Origin: Lytechinus pictus
Taxonomy: Eukaryota
Direction of reading: 5' to 3'
Assembly: GCF_037042905.1 (NCBI RefSeq)
Contig: NW_026974140.1
Coordinates: forward strand, 3,782,001-3,846,000
DNA length: 64,000 nucleotides
Below the pieces are notes generated by a model, which was given only the letters and a program-made list of their open reading frames with translations, did no database searches and had not been told where the DNA came from. Numbering within the stretch: position 1 is the first letter of the stretch; each line of letters opens with the position of its first letter. The position numbers were made by a program, and so were the translations under genes. Below are positions 63,736 to 64,000 of this stretch, in pieces.

Positions 63736-64000
63736 ATATTTAATCCTGATTTATATAGTGTGTTAAATAGTAAATCAAAATTTAATGAACTTAAAATGCA
63801 GGAAAAGCAATACAATGATTTTGAAACCTCCAGGTGAATGATATTGGATAAATTCTACTCCTACCATAAGATAACTGTCTTTTAATAGTACAAACTAATA
63901 TTCAAACCAATTTTTTTTCAATTAGCTGACTTAATACAAAAGATGAACAATCTTTTGAAAATGACTCAAAATCATTTCTTTCAATTTTGTACCAAAATAA

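Overview
AT-rich, intron-containing, repeat-dense animal genomic DNA, most likely a sea urchin or other echinoderm (inferred from the DEATH-NACHT-LRR gene, the class-I GS-like gene and the MITE landscape). There is one assembly gap (13736-13962). I rebuilt four genes by hand from GT-AG sites with consistent phases: (1) an intronless-CDS class-I glutamine-synthetase-like (lengsin-family) gene, + 9292-10665; (2) a DEATH-NACHT-LRR NLR, + 18420-23354, 4 coding exons, 1108 aa; (3) an SLC16/MCT transporter, - 41170-36012, 4 coding exons, 600 aa; (4) the last 8 exons of SDA1/SDAD1, - 58877-50921, whose 5' part lies beyond the window. A signal-peptide + Ig ORF (+ 61895-62464) is nested antisense in an SDA1 intron. 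The rest is mostly non-autonomous DNA transposons (TTAA/Kolobok-like, hAT-like, Harbinger-like, Tc1-like, piggyBac-like, Helentron/HINE-like), LINE and SINE fragments, and satellites. Best leads: the NLR has Leu at the conserved ADP-binding winged-helix His; the GS-like protein keeps metal, glutamate and ATP residues but lacks the ammonium-specific ones (possible gamma-glutamyl-amine ligase); the NLR first intron holds a perfect 165-bp palindrome and a foldback with a Penelope-type hammerhead-like core; one SDA1 intron holds decayed copies of both flanking exons. No CRISPR, rRNA or tRNA seen. All assignments are by eye; no database searches were run.
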